Positions 39,100 through 48,113 of a stretch of 64,000 nucleotides of DNA are shown here, piece by piece. The position numbers were made by a program, and so were the translations under genes. The stretch comes from Bacteroidaceae bacterium (GTDB lineage: Bacteria; Bacteroidota; Bacteroidia; Bacteroidales; Bacteroidaceae). The stretch covers positions 785 to 64,784 of the forward strand of contig JAFQUE010000036.1 in assembly GCA_017408685.1 (NCBI GenBank), written 5' to 3'. Below the pieces are notes generated by a model, which saw only the letters and a list, made by a program, of their open reading frames with translations, did no database searches and was not told the DNA's origin. Every line of letters starts with the position of its first letter. Position 1 is the first letter of the stretch.

Positions 39100-39157
39100 G
39101 TAATAATTCAAATTTGCAATATCCCACAAGAGTGTTGTTCGTTTTCAAAATATTTTC

Positions 39158-39165
39158 TAAATTTG
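39158..39165 (+). promoter_or_regulatory. -7 box TAAATTTG about 300 nt upstream of the lipoprotein gene
   Basis: This is the only TAnnTTTG match I found in the 362-nt gap after dus. Confidence 0.25.
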
Positions 39166-39461
39166 CGGTGCAGGGTTTAATAAATCCGGCAAACATATTT
39201 TTGAAAGTGTTTTTCGCTTTTGCCTCAAGCAGAAAATGTGGAAGTTTTCAAAACAGAAAGGCGGACGGACAGCACTCACTTCTTGTATAGTTATGTGTCT
39301 ATGCATTTGCATGCCTCATACTATTCAAGTGTGGGGTATTGCGTCGTTTGTTTCTGTTAAAGGTCCTTCCACAACCTGCTGCTTGACAAACGGAACGACT
39401 CCACACTTTCTATTTTAGAACAGCCCTAATGGAGTCTCGGGTAACAAATTTTCTTTTACTT

Positions 39462-39983
39462 ATGAAAAAGACTTTTCTTGCTGCTGTTGCAATGGTGTTC
39501 ATGTTGGCAAGTTGTACAACCGTCAGCACCACTGTTACAAAATCGTTAGACTACATGGAGTCTTCGGCCCGTGTTCTTGAAGCAGACCATAACATGCTTT
39601 TAACCCCTGTTATTGCCGATTTGGAAGTCACTGACCAAAAAATAAGCTACACAGAAAAAGAGATGTTTGCAAATTTGGAAGTTACGCACTCTCTGCTGAG
39701 TAATATATCTGAATTGAAAAAGATTGCGCTTTCACGTGCGGCGCGAGAGAACAATGCCGATGTACTTTTAGGTGCAACAATTGATATTGTAACAGTAAAT
39801 GGCCATCTTGAAATTACGGTTTCTGGTTACCCTGCACATTATGTAAAGTTTCGCAAGGCCGAGAAAGAGGAGGTTGAACTGTTGAAGAATGTGCATAACA
39901 TTAGGACAATTAATGTCTCAAATGTTGTGGAGGCTCCTGTCAAGACATTGAATATTGAGAAAACAGAGAAAATTAAGGAATAA
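39462..39983 (+). CDS. hypothetical lipoprotein
   Basis: The ATG at 39462 gives MKKTFLAAVAMVFMLASC, a lipobox. No recognisable domain. Confidence 0.5.
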   Translation: MKKTFLAAVAMVFMLASCTTVSTTVTKSLDYMESSARVLEADHNMLLTPVIADLEVTDQKISYTEKEMFANLEVTHSLLSNISELKKIALSRAARENNADVLLGATIDIVTVNGHLEITVSGYPAHYVKFRKAEKEEVELLKNVHNIRTINVSNVVEAPVKTLNIEKTEKIKE

Positions 39984-39999
39984 ATAATTGCAGGGAAGT

Positions 40000-40713
40000 A
40001 TGAAGCGCTTGTTCTTTTTAATTTTATCACTTTCTTTACTCGTACCGGATTGCAATGTCTTGCATGCTCAGGAAAATGGACAACACATCAAATCGGGTTT
40101 GGTGATAGAGAACACAACAATCCGAGAAAAAGAGGTTAAAAAGAAAGGAGTATACACTAAAAGAGGATATCAGCAGACTGCAAATATCGCTTTTGCAACA
40201 GATTTTGGTGAGTGTATAAAATTTGGTGCTGAATATATTGGCGGTTACCGTTTTAACAATGTTTTCTATCTTGGTGCAGGATTTGGAATTAGTTATAATT
40301 ATGGAGGATATAGTTATAAATCATTAACCTATAATTATATTATTCGTAATGTTTTGACAATGCCTCTTTTTCTCCATTTAAGAACATATATTGGGAGGCA
40401 ACATAATCTTTTTTTAGCACTTTCTGCCGGTTATGAATTTGGACTAATACCAACAGAGTTAACTGCTTTCGTTGAAGCTTACGACAGCGACTATGGTTAC
40501 GATTCCGTCAACCTTAGCGACCACTATGAAGGTTCTTTCTTTGTTGAACCAATGTTGGGTTGGAGTATTCCTCTCCATTCAAAATTATGCCTGGATTTGC
40601 AAGTTGGCTTGAAACTGCACAAAATTACAGAGTATATCGATAAATTATGTAGTTTCTACTACAAGCATAGAATAGAAACTGACTTGGCTGTAAAAATCGG
40701 ACTAAGATTCTAA
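40000..40713 (+). CDS. hypothetical outer-membrane beta-barrel protein
   Basis: The track start at 39988 is TTG; the ATG at 40000 gives MKRLFFLILSLSLL, a signal peptide. Alternating aromatic/Gly beta-strand pattern, and the C-terminus ends ...KIGLRF (terminal Phe). Confidence 0.5.
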   Translation: MKRLFFLILSLSLLVPDCNVLHAQENGQHIKSGLVIENTTIREKEVKKKGVYTKRGYQQTANIAFATDFGECIKFGAEYIGGYRFNNVFYLGAGFGISYNYGGYSYKSLTYNYIIRNVLTMPLFLHLRTYIGRQHNLFLALSAGYEFGLIPTELTAFVEAYDSDYGYDSVNLSDHYEGSFFVEPMLGWSIPLHSKLCLDLQVGLKLHKITEYIDKLCSFYYKHRIETDLAVKIGLRF

Positions 40714-40723
40714 TAACATTTAC

Positions 40724-40779
40724 ATCTGATAAACTGACAAATCTCCTCATTACTGAGGAAATTTGTCAGTTTATCAGAT
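40724..40779. terminator. long hairpin between the beta-barrel gene and the HD-domain gene
   Basis: 19-bp perfect outer arms ATCTGATAAACTGACAAAT / ATTTGTCAGTTTATCAGAT plus an inner 6-bp TCCTCA/TGAGGA stem. Overlaps the HD gene stop codon. Confidence 0.65.
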
Positions 40780-41241
40780 AGTTGCTGTATAAAACTCGTT
40801 CAAGTTCGCTGCATAATATGCGCCGCGTTCGGTAGCCATCTTTTGGGGATTGGGAGTGATGCCTACGCGCGACAGGTCAAGCCTGTCGGCGTCGAAGCAT
40901 GTGTCTATCGTTATGTCGCCTGTTCTGTGGCGTACTGTGTGTAGTTCGCATGCTTTGCGCAACTGTTCAAACTCTTCATCAGTGAGCCCGGCAAGCAGTG
41001 TGTCACGCAGTTTCAGTATGTTCTCGGCTGCGCGCTTGCCATGCTCAATGTCCTCACCATTGTTAATGCGCCATTTGTCGTGCAGATAGGCAAACAAACG
41101 CACCACGGTTGTGTTCACCTCCTCGGTTGCCAACAACAGGCCGTTGCGCTCCACACGTTCCCAATGTGGCATGCCATGACACTCGCCCAACTCCCATCCT
41201 TGCTTTGCAAACTCTTTTATCTGTTCAATCATATCAGTCAT
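40774..41241 (-). CDS. HD-domain phosphohydrolase-like protein
   Basis: 155 aa with an H...HD...D pattern (CHGMPHWERV, FAYLHDKWR, CFDADRLDL). Its ATG overlaps the stop of the patatin gene (ATGA at 41238-41241). Confidence 0.55.
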   Translation of the reverse strand: MTDMIEQIKEFAKQGWELGECHGMPHWERVERNGLLLATEEVNTTVVRLFAYLHDKWRINNGEDIEHGKRAAENILKLRDTLLAGLTDEEFEQLRKACELHTVRHRTGDITIDTCFDADRLDLSRVGITPNPQKMATERGAYYAANLNEFYTATI

Positions 41242-42095
41242 TTCATTTCAAAATCAATCTGTGCGGCGCAGTCATAACCTTCCTGGTACAGGGCCCGCAG
41301 TTTGTCGGTATTGCGTTCCATGCGGTCAACCTCAATGGGGCGTTGTGGGCGAATGACTATGGTACTCCCCTGCTCTTCCATGCGCTCAATCATCTCTATC
41401 TGACTGTTGTATATCGAGTTGCGCGAGCGTATGGCTTCCTTCAATTTAGGATATTTGCGGTACATAAAGAACGGAACCCGTGTACCTTTGACCGGTTTGC
41501 GGTAACCTTTGTTGCGGGTGAGCACAATCACCGGTTTGTCGAATCCCTGCTCAATGGCCCTTTTTACAGGCAGGGAGTCGGCGACACCGCCATCGACCAT
41601 AGGAATGCCGTCTACATATGCTATGGGGCACACAAACGGCAGGCTGCTCGATGCCTTTACAATGTCAATTACCCGTTTGGGGTCGTTCTTCTCTTCAAAG
41701 TAGTTTGCCTGCCCGGTGAGGCAGTTTGTAGTCACGACCTCAAGTCGCCCGGTACTGCGTGCCAATGCGTCGTAGTCATATGGATATATCTCCTCGGGCA
41801 GTTTGTGGAACAGGAGGTCAAAGTCCATGATGTTGCCTTTGGTCAGAAGTTTGTCTATTCCAATGTAATTGTACTTTTCCATCATGTCTATGTTGGAAAA
41901 CTTTGCCCTGCCGCGTTGGTTCGACACATAAGAAAGCGCGTTGCATGCTCCCGCGCTCACACCTATTATATAAGGGAACCTTATACCGCGGTCCATGAAG
42001 TTGTCCAATACTCCAATGGTAAAAATCCCGCGCATGCCACCGCCCTCAAGAATAAGTGATGTTCTATCTGTTATGGTTACAGTTTTATTGCTCAT
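41238..42095 (-). CDS. patatin-like phospholipase
   Basis: 285 aa. GGGMRG oxyanion motif, GVSAGA (GxSxG) nucleophile motif, and the DGG catalytic Asp motif (MVDGGVAD). Confidence 0.87.
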   Translation of the reverse strand: MSNKTVTITDRTSLILEGGGMRGIFTIGVLDNFMDRGIRFPYIIGVSAGACNALSYVSNQRGRAKFSNIDMMEKYNYIGIDKLLTKGNIMDFDLLFHKLPEEIYPYDYDALARSTGRLEVVTTNCLTGQANYFEEKNDPKRVIDIVKASSSLPFVCPIAYVDGIPMVDGGVADSLPVKRAIEQGFDKPVIVLTRNKGYRKPVKGTRVPFFMYRKYPKLKEAIRSRNSIYNSQIEMIERMEEQGSTIVIRPQRPIEVDRMERNTDKLRALYQEGYDCAAQIDFEMK

Positions 42096-42099
42096 GTTG

Positions 42100-42107
42100 C
42101 AAAAGTA
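42100..42107 (-). promoter_or_regulatory. -7 box TACTTTTG ending 4 nt from the patatin ATG
   Basis: The plus strand reads CAAAAGTA. The ATG occupies 42093-42095. Confidence 0.3.
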
Positions 42108-42302
42108 CTAATTTAGGTATAAATTATGAACACCGACAGGGTAAAAAAAGAGTTTTGTTGCCTGTATATATGAAAATGTAACAAAATCTTTCGATAATGT
42201 ACCTCTCAATTAAAATATGATAAATAAGACACTTGTTGCTCCGTATTACATGATATTTTTCTATATTCGCATACTCTAAACTATAAACACACATATGATA
42301 TT

Positions 42303-42857
42303 ATGAAAAAGATTTTTCTTTCACTTTTACTTTTAGTCTCTTTTGCGTTTGTTCATGCACAGAACAATAACGGCAATAGAGCAGAGAGTGACGTTACAGT
42401 ATATGAACACGATTATATTGTGAAGGTTGGCGATGTTGCCCCGGACTTTACTCTCGAAATGCTCGACGGCACAAAGTTTACCCTCTCCGAGCAGCGTGGC
42501 AAGGTAGTCATGTTGCAGTTTACTGCCGGTTGGTGCGGTATTTGCCGCAAGGAAATGCCTTATATTGAAAGCGACATATGGCTCAAGCATAAGGATAACA
42601 AGGATTTTGTACTTGTGGGCATTGACCGCGAGGAGACAAAAGAGGCTATTTTGCCGTTCATTGAGAAGGTTGGCACCACCTACCCCATTGCCATGGACAG
42701 CAATGGCGATGTGTTTGCAAGTTATGCTTTGCGCGGTGCAGGAATAACACGTAACATTCTTATTGACCGCGACGGTAAGATTGTAATGCTTACCCGCAAG
42801 TTCGAAGAGGCGGAGTTCAAGGTTCTTGTAGAGAAAATTGACGCCATGCTTGAATAA
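42303..42857 (+). CDS. TlpA/ResA-like thiol-disulfide oxidoreductase (redoxin), secreted
   Basis: 184 aa with a signal peptide. WCGICRKE is the CxxC motif, in a thioredoxin-fold context. Confidence 0.82.
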   Translation: MKKIFLSLLLLVSFAFVHAQNNNGNRAESDVTVYEHDYIVKVGDVAPDFTLEMLDGTKFTLSEQRGKVVMLQFTAGWCGICRKEMPYIESDIWLKHKDNKDFVLVGIDREETKEAILPFIEKVGTTYPIAMDSNGDVFASYALRGAGITRNILIDRDGKIVMLTRKFEEAEFKVLVEKIDAMLE

Positions 42858-42970
42858 CGTGAACGGAAAGGTAAAACTGAAAACGGGCTAAAGGTTACTA
42901 AAGTTGATAAGGAACAATAATGTAAACTTTCCCACTTGACAGTCTCTTTTCTATTGATACCGGTATATAT

Positions 42971-43007
42971 AAAATCAAGAGCGCACAACGCGTGCGCTCT
43001 TGATTTT
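42971..43007. terminator. bidirectional terminator between the tlpA-like gene and galE
   Basis: 16-bp stem AAAATCAAGAGCGCAC / GTGCGCTCTTGATTTT with a 5-nt loop. Confidence 0.8.
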
Positions 43008-43027
43008 TATTATTGTCAATAAATGTA

Positions 43028-44044
43028 TTACTCCTCGAAACCGTTAGGATTGTTCTTCTGCCAGTTCCAACTGTCGCGGCACATGTCTTCAATACCGAAC
43101 TGCGCTTTCCAGCCGAGTTCTGCCTCGGCCTTTGCCGGGTTACAGTAGCAAGTAGCGATGTCACCCGGGCGGCGTGGCTTGATAGCATAAGGAACGGGAA
43201 CACCGTTAGCCTTCTCGAAAGCCTTTACAACGTCGAGCACTGAATAACCGTGACCTGTACCTATGTTGTAGATAGCGATACCCTTGTTCTCGACAATAGC
43301 CTTGAGGGCTGCAACGTGAGCACGTGCAAGGTCAACAACGTGGATATAGTCGCGTACACCTGTACCGTCGTGTGTGTCGTAGTCGTTGCCGAACACACCA
43401 AGTTCTGCGCGCTTGCCAACTGCTGTTTGTGTTATGTAAGGCATAAGGTTGTTAGGAATACCGTTGGGGTTCTCGCCAATAGTACCGCTCTTGTGTGCAC
43501 CGATTGGGTTAAAGTAACGCAGGAGAACGATATTCCACTCGTTGTCGGCCTTCTGGACGTCCATAAGAACCTCCTCGAGCATAGACTTTGTCTGACCATA
43601 AGGGTTAGTGCAGTGACCCTTTGGGCACTCCTCTGTGATGGGGATGATTGCAGGGTCGCCATAAACCGTTGCACTTGATGAGAAAATCATGTTCTTGCAA
43701 CCGTTCTTGCGCATAACATCAACAAGTACGAATGTACCATTCATGTTGTTCTCGTAGTACTCGAGTGGCTTTGCGCAACTCTCACCAACAGCCTTGAGGC
43801 CTGCAAAGTGGATACAAGCGTCGAACTTGTGCTCATCGAACACCTTCTGCAAACCCTCACGGTCGCGGATGTCAACCTTGTAGAAAGGAACCTCCTTGCC
43901 AATAATCTTGGCAACGCGCTTCAAAGATATTGGAGAAGAGTTGTCCAGGTTGTCAACTACCACAGCCTCGTGGCCTGCCTCGGTAAGTTCAATCAGAGTG
44001 TGGCTTCCAATGAAACCAGCACCGCCAGTCAATAGGATTTTCAT
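43028..44044 (-). CDS. galE: UDP-glucose 4-epimerase
   Basis: MKILLTGGAGFIGSH Rossmann motif and YGQTK (YxxxK). The track start at 44146 is a TTG extension; the ATG at 44044 is preferred. Confidence 0.93.
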   Translation of the reverse strand: MKILLTGGAGFIGSHTLIELTEAGHEAVVVDNLDNSSPISLKRVAKIIGKEVPFYKVDIRDREGLQKVFDEHKFDACIHFAGLKAVGESCAKPLEYYENNMNGTFVLVDVMRKNGCKNMIFSSSATVYGDPAIIPITEECPKGHCTNPYGQTKSMLEEVLMDVQKADNEWNIVLLRYFNPIGAHKSGTIGENPNGIPNNLMPYITQTAVGKRAELGVFGNDYDTHDGTGVRDYIHVVDLARAHVAALKAIVENKGIAIYNIGTGHGYSVLDVVKAFEKANGVPVPYAIKPRRPGDIATCYCNPAKAEAELGWKAQFGIEDMCRDSWNWQKNNPNGFEE

Positions 44045-44112
44045 TTCAGTAAGTTTGTTATAATGTTTATAAGTTGTCCATACGACCTGCTCTAATGGAG
44101 CATAAATTATCG

Positions 44113-44120
44113 CAAATTTA
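44113..44120 (-). promoter_or_regulatory. -7 box TAAATTTG upstream of galE
   Basis: The plus strand reads CAAATTTA, 68 nt upstream of the ATG at 44044. Confidence 0.4.
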
Positions 44121-44268
44121 ATGAATTTTATCCAATAGCAAAACAAAAGAGGGTTTTTATTGGAATTTGCACATAATTAAATGGTTTTTACGTTCGACAT
44201 GCTCTAAAGCACTCACTGGGTGTAAAAAAATAATCGCCAAAAAACAAACAAGTTATGCAAAAAAGTAT

Positions 44269-44276
44269 TACCTTTG
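44269..44276 (+). promoter_or_regulatory. -7 box TACCTTTG upstream of rpsP
   Basis: Lies 61 nt upstream of the ATG at 44338, in a TACCTTTGCA context. Confidence 0.5.
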
Positions 44277-44337
44277 CACCGCTAATACGGGATATTAGCT
44301 GACTCAAATCATTAATCCATTAAAAATCAATTAGAAA

Positions 44338-44889
44338 ATGGCAACAAAAATCAGACTTCAGAGAAGAGGCCACAAACACTACGCCTTCTACTCTATCGTG
44401 ATTGCAGATTCGAGAGCTCCACGTGATGGAAAGTTCACCGAGAAAATCGGTACCTACAACCCTAACACAAACCCTGCTTCAGTTGAGCTTAACTTTGAGC
44501 GCGCTTTGTGGTGGGTTAACAACGGTGCTACTCCTACTGACACTGTACGTAACATCCTTTCACGCGAGGGCGTTTATTTGATGAAGCACCTCCAGGGTGG
44601 CGTAAAGAAGGGTGCATTTGACGAGGCTGCAGCCCAGGCTAAGTTCGAGGCTTGGAAGAATGCCAAGGTAAGTGCTCTCAACGGTATCAAGAGTGCCGAG
44701 GAGCAGGCTAAACGTGACGACAAGAAGGCACGTTTGGAGGCTGAAAAAGAGGTTAATGCAGCTATTGCAAAGAAGGTAGCAGACAAGAAGGCTGCCGAGG
44801 CTCTTGCAAAGGCTGAGGCAGAGGCAGCAGCAGCTGCTGAGACAGAGGCTCCCGCAGAGGAGGCAACTGAGGCTCCTGCAGAGGCTTAA
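44338..44889 (+). CDS. rpsP: 30S ribosomal protein S16 with Ala/Glu/Lys-rich C-terminal extension
   Basis: [33 protein letters not shown]... is a canonical S16 core, followed by the roughly 90-aa low-complexity tail usual in Bacteroidota. Confidence 0.93.
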   Translation: MATKIRLQRRGHKHYAFYSIVIADSRAPRDGKFTEKIGTYNPNTNPASVELNFERALWWVNNGATPTDTVRNILSREGVYLMKHLQGGVKKGAFDEAAAQAKFEAWKNAKVSALNGIKSAEEQAKRDDKKARLEAEKEVNAAIAKKVADKKAAEALAKAEAEAAAAAETEAPAEEATEAPAEA

Positions 44890-44939
44890 GAACCTTTTAC
44901 CCCTTAAACGGGGTTGCAGTAATGCTCAAGATAATCCCG

Positions 44940-45413
44940 TCATCCGAAAGGTTGGCGGGATTTTTGTTTTTCAAGATTCAGCAAGAACTCCTTCCTTTCA
45001 ATCCCCACGGCAAAACCGGTTAGTCTCCCGCCTGCTCCCACTACCCTGTGGCAAGGCACGGCAAGGAGCAGTGGATTGCGGTTGCATGCCATACCTACAG
45101 CGCGGGAGGCCTTGGGGGCACCTATGCGTCCGGCAATATCGCCATAAGTTGCTGTACTGCCGAAGGGAATGCGTATGAGTTCTTCCCACACACGCAACTG
45201 GAAGGGTGTACCTTCCATTGATACCGGAAAAGAAAACTTATGGACCTTGCCGGCAAAGTAGCCTTCAATTTCACTCTTTACCATCTGTTGTAAAGGGGTC
45301 AGAATTACGGAAGCACATTGTACATTGCATAGCGAAATTGAGCACACATTGCCATGCAATTGCGTAATCTGCAGTGTACCTATAGGGGTTTTTATGTAAA
45401 ACACTTCTTTCAT
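44940..45413 (-). CDS. ogt: methylated-DNA--protein-cysteine methyltransferase
   Basis: PCHRVV active-site motif and IPFGSTATYGDIA. The track start at 45428 is GTG; the ATG at 45413 (MKEVFYIK) is preferred. Confidence 0.85.
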   Translation of the reverse strand: MKEVFYIKTPIGTLQITQLHGNVCSISLCNVQCASVILTPLQQMVKSEIEGYFAGKVHKFSFPVSMEGTPFQLRVWEELIRIPFGSTATYGDIAGRIGAPKASRAVGMACNRNPLLLAVPCHRVVGAGGRLTGFAVGIERKEFLLNLEKQKSRQPFG

Positions 45414-45508
45414 GGTGTAAATATACACAATCTATTCCGGAATACACCCCATGCAGTCTCTGTTACATTTTTTATTATGGCATGTTTTGTCAGTAACGGT
45501 ATTTGGAC

Positions 45509-45516
45509 TATTTTTG
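45509..45516 (+). promoter_or_regulatory. -7 box TATTTTTG upstream of the S41-like gene
   Basis: Lies 23 nt upstream of the ATG at 45540. Confidence 0.4.
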
Positions 45517-45539
45517 CAGTATAAGAAACTGTGTATAAA

Positions 45540-46775
45540 ATGAAGAAGAGTTTTTCATATATGTTCATGTCAATGCTGATTGCATTACCGTTGTTGTTAT
45601 CTTGTGGTGAGGACAGAACACATGAATACCTTGAGATGACAGAAGAGAATCAATGGACATATTCTACCATGGAGGATGTCTATCTGTGGGCCGGTGAGAT
45701 GAATGCCCCTGACAGGAAATCATTCTTCGGTACCACATCCAAATTTTTCTCATCGTTGCTTGTAAAGAAAGACAAGGTCTCTTTCTTTACCGATTCGGTT
45801 TCCGAAGGCAGTTATGGTTTCAAGTTTTCGTTGGTACGCGACCCGCTTGGCGAGGTGATGAGCCGTTATTATGCGCTTGTGCTGTATGTGGAACCGGGTT
45901 CCCCTGCACATTCGGCAGGAATAAGGCGCGGCACATGGATTTCGGGAATTGACGGGAAGAACCTTAATTCTTCAAGCGGCAAACAGTTGCAGTCAGGTGC
46001 AGCAGCAATGGTTGCAACAAGCATAATCGACTATGACGATGAAAATGAAAAGTATTTCTGGGTGCAAGGAGACACTTTGAGCATGCAGCATTCTGTTGCT
46101 CTTGAAAGCAGGGCGATATTCATGGACACACTTCTTGACATGCGTTCCGGAAAGACCGGATATCTTGTATGCCGTAACATGAACGGCACTTCATTTGCCG
46201 ATGACGTCCAAAAAACAATGCTCGGTTTTGCTGCAGCGGATGTGACTGACATCATCATTGACCTGCGTTACTGCAGCGAAGGCACAATAGAAAACGCCGC
46301 AACATTGGCAAGCATTCTTGTGCCTCAGACATTGAACGGGAACCTTTTTGCAACACTAAAAGGTAAAGGTGACGATGTTATATACAATTATGCCGAACAG
46401 CCTGTAAATTTGAGTGACAAGAGACTGTTCTTTATAATAGGCAATGAGACAAAAGGTATTGCAGAATTGCTGGTTGAGTCGGTAAATGCTTCGCGCGGTA
46501 TGCACGATGTGATTATTGTCGGGACCAAAAGTGCCGGTGCCAATGTGCTTACGAGAAATTATATGTCGCCATTCGGGTTCTCGATAAACCCTGCCGTTGC
46601 CGTAATCCAAGCCTCGGATGGCGAGGACCTTCAAGCGGAAGGCATAGCTCCGGACTACCCCCTCAATGAACTTGAGGAAGGAAAATACGTTTACCCGCTC
46701 GGAAACAGACAGGAATATATCCTGCGTAATCTGGAATATTTCATAATAAACGGATTCATGCCCCAGGAGCAATAG
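45540..46775 (+). CDS. S41 (C-terminal processing peptidase)-like lipoprotein with PDZ-like segment, possibly non-catalytic
   Basis: The ATG at 45540 gives MKKSFSYMFMSMLIALPLLLSC, a lipobox. PDZ-like YVEPGSPAHSAGIRRGTWISGIDG and S41-like IIDLRYCSEGTIENA are present. Where S41 enzymes have the Ser motif, this protein reads IGNETKGIAELL. Confidence 0.5.
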   Translation: MKKSFSYMFMSMLIALPLLLSCGEDRTHEYLEMTEENQWTYSTMEDVYLWAGEMNAPDRKSFFGTTSKFFSSLLVKKDKVSFFTDSVSEGSYGFKFSLVRDPLGEVMSRYYALVLYVEPGSPAHSAGIRRGTWISGIDGKNLNSSSGKQLQSGAAAMVATSIIDYDDENEKYFWVQGDTLSMQHSVALESRAIFMDTLLDMRSGKTGYLVCRNMNGTSFADDVQKTMLGFAAADVTDIIIDLRYCSEGTIENAATLASILVPQTLNGNLFATLKGKGDDVIYNYAEQPVNLSDKRLFFIIGNETKGIAELLVESVNASRGMHDVIIVGTKSAGANVLTRNYMSPFGFSINPAVAVIQASDGEDLQAEGIAPDYPLNELEEGKYVYPLGNRQEYILRNLEYFIINGFMPQEQ

Positions 46776-46803
46776 ACCCTGGACAACATTTTTATTACCC
46801 CAT

Positions 46804-46850
46804 ACAGAAGAGGCTGCTAAAAAATCTTTTAGTCAGTCTCTTCTGTTTTA
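46804..46850 (+). terminator. terminator after the S41-like gene
   Basis: ACAGAAGAG...CTCTTCTGT is a 9-bp perfect stem with an imperfect extension, followed by TTTTA. Confidence 0.55.
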
Positions 46851-46940
46851 TAGAAAATTAATCAACTTCTTACAAGTTTCAAAAAACATACTTTGCCGTT
46901 GCTGTGTTATTTCACTGAATAACCCCAAAATCTAATTGAA

Positions 46941-47423
46941 ATGAGAAAGATTCTTTTATTCACAGCAGCAACAGCGGTATTGTTGCTTTCGTCGTGTAAT
47001 TCATGCAACAACAACGCACCGCAAGGATTGGTCATAGAGAGTGAGACCGACAGCATATATATGCTAAATGACTCCACCATGGCCGACACACAGACATTTG
47101 TCTTTGAAGGCGTATCGCCGATGAATGGGAATGCGGTAGCCAATGTGCTGCTCGCCATCAGCACGGTAAACCTGAACAGCGACGGCACGTTTACAATCAC
47201 CACAGATTATGTCGACGAGGGACTCGCTACGCAGAACGACAATGGCGAGGCACTGATTATTACCGGAAATGACAGCACTATGACTGTCATTGAACTTGTG
47301 TCGGCGAACAGGAAACCGACCATAAGTTTCATGATGCAAGAGGACAGTTCCTTGGTAAAGGTGGGTCAGGACGGAAAACCTGTCAGCAAAGATGGCGGTC
47401 ATAAACTCAACCTCAAGAAGTAA
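46941..47423 (+). CDS. hypothetical lipoprotein
   Basis: MRKILLFTAATAVLLLSSC lipobox. 160 aa with no confidently recognised domain. Confidence 0.5.
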   Translation: MRKILLFTAATAVLLLSSCNSCNNNAPQGLVIESETDSIYMLNDSTMADTQTFVFEGVSPMNGNAVANVLLAISTVNLNSDGTFTITTDYVDEGLATQNDNGEALIITGNDSTMTVIELVSANRKPTISFMMQEDSSLVKVGQDGKPVSKDGGHKLNLKK

Positions 47424-47445
47424 TTAACCATAATACTATTGAATT

Positions 47446-48066
47446 ATGAAGAAGATTTCTTTTTTTATTCTTGCAACGATATGTGTTTTCATTACATCGT
47501 GCCAAAAAGACCCTGATACCGATAAACTGGACAGGAACTACCTTGTGTACACCAATTATGACATAGATACCGATTTCAGCGCTATTGAGACTTTTTACGT
47601 CATCGACAGTATTCTCATAATTGGAAACAGCGAAAAACCGACCTATTGGAAGAACAACAACTCGCAACAAATCATCAATGCTTATAATGACAGGTTGGAA
47701 AGTCGTGGATACATCAGAGTCCCTGAGCCCGGCGAGGCTGATGTCATATTGCAGTTGAGTTACATCAACAACACATATTATTTCACATCATTCGGTCCCG
47801 GACCATGGTGGAACTCATATCCCGGATACTGGAATTGGGGAGGTTGGGGATGGTATTATCCTTACACATTCGACTACAGTTACAGCACAGGGTCAATAAT
47901 AGCCGAACTTGTCAATACCAATGCTCCTACGGCGCAGAACGACAGGCTCACAGTAATATGGAATGCCTACATTTGCGGTTTGTTGAACGGTAACAACCTC
48001 AGCCTTTCGCGTACCATGAGTGCAATTAACCAGGCATTTGTCCAGTCACCATACCTCAAGAAATAA
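47446..48066 (+). CDS. DUF4136-like lipoprotein
   Basis: MKKISFFILATICVFITSC lipobox. The W/G/Y-rich loop (PGPWWNSYPGYWNWGGWGWYYPY) followed by GSIIAELVN resembles DUF4136 proteins; this is from memory. Confidence 0.5.
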   Translation: MKKISFFILATICVFITSCQKDPDTDKLDRNYLVYTNYDIDTDFSAIETFYVIDSILIIGNSEKPTYWKNNNSQQIINAYNDRLESRGYIRVPEPGEADVILQLSYINNTYYFTSFGPGPWWNSYPGYWNWGGWGWYYPYTFDYSYSTGSIIAELVNTNAPTAQNDRLTVIWNAYICGLLNGNNLSLSRTMSAINQAFVQSPYLKK

Positions 48067-48113
48067 AAGTGGGTGCTGTAAAACAACATATCAACCAATT
48101 AAAATGAGAATAT

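Noticed and set aside
41109-42059. A 316-aa plus-strand ORF.
   Set aside because: It is entirely antisense to the patatin-like phospholipase gene, which has clear catalytic motifs. The antisense product has no recognisable motifs.
44899-44966. Small hairpins after rpsP (ACCCC-TTAAAC-GGGGT, and ATCCCG...CGGGAT followed by TTTTTG).
   Set aside because: The stems are short (5-6 bp). The second has a 16-nt loop and overlaps the ogt C-terminal codons. They are too weak to call as a terminator with confidence.
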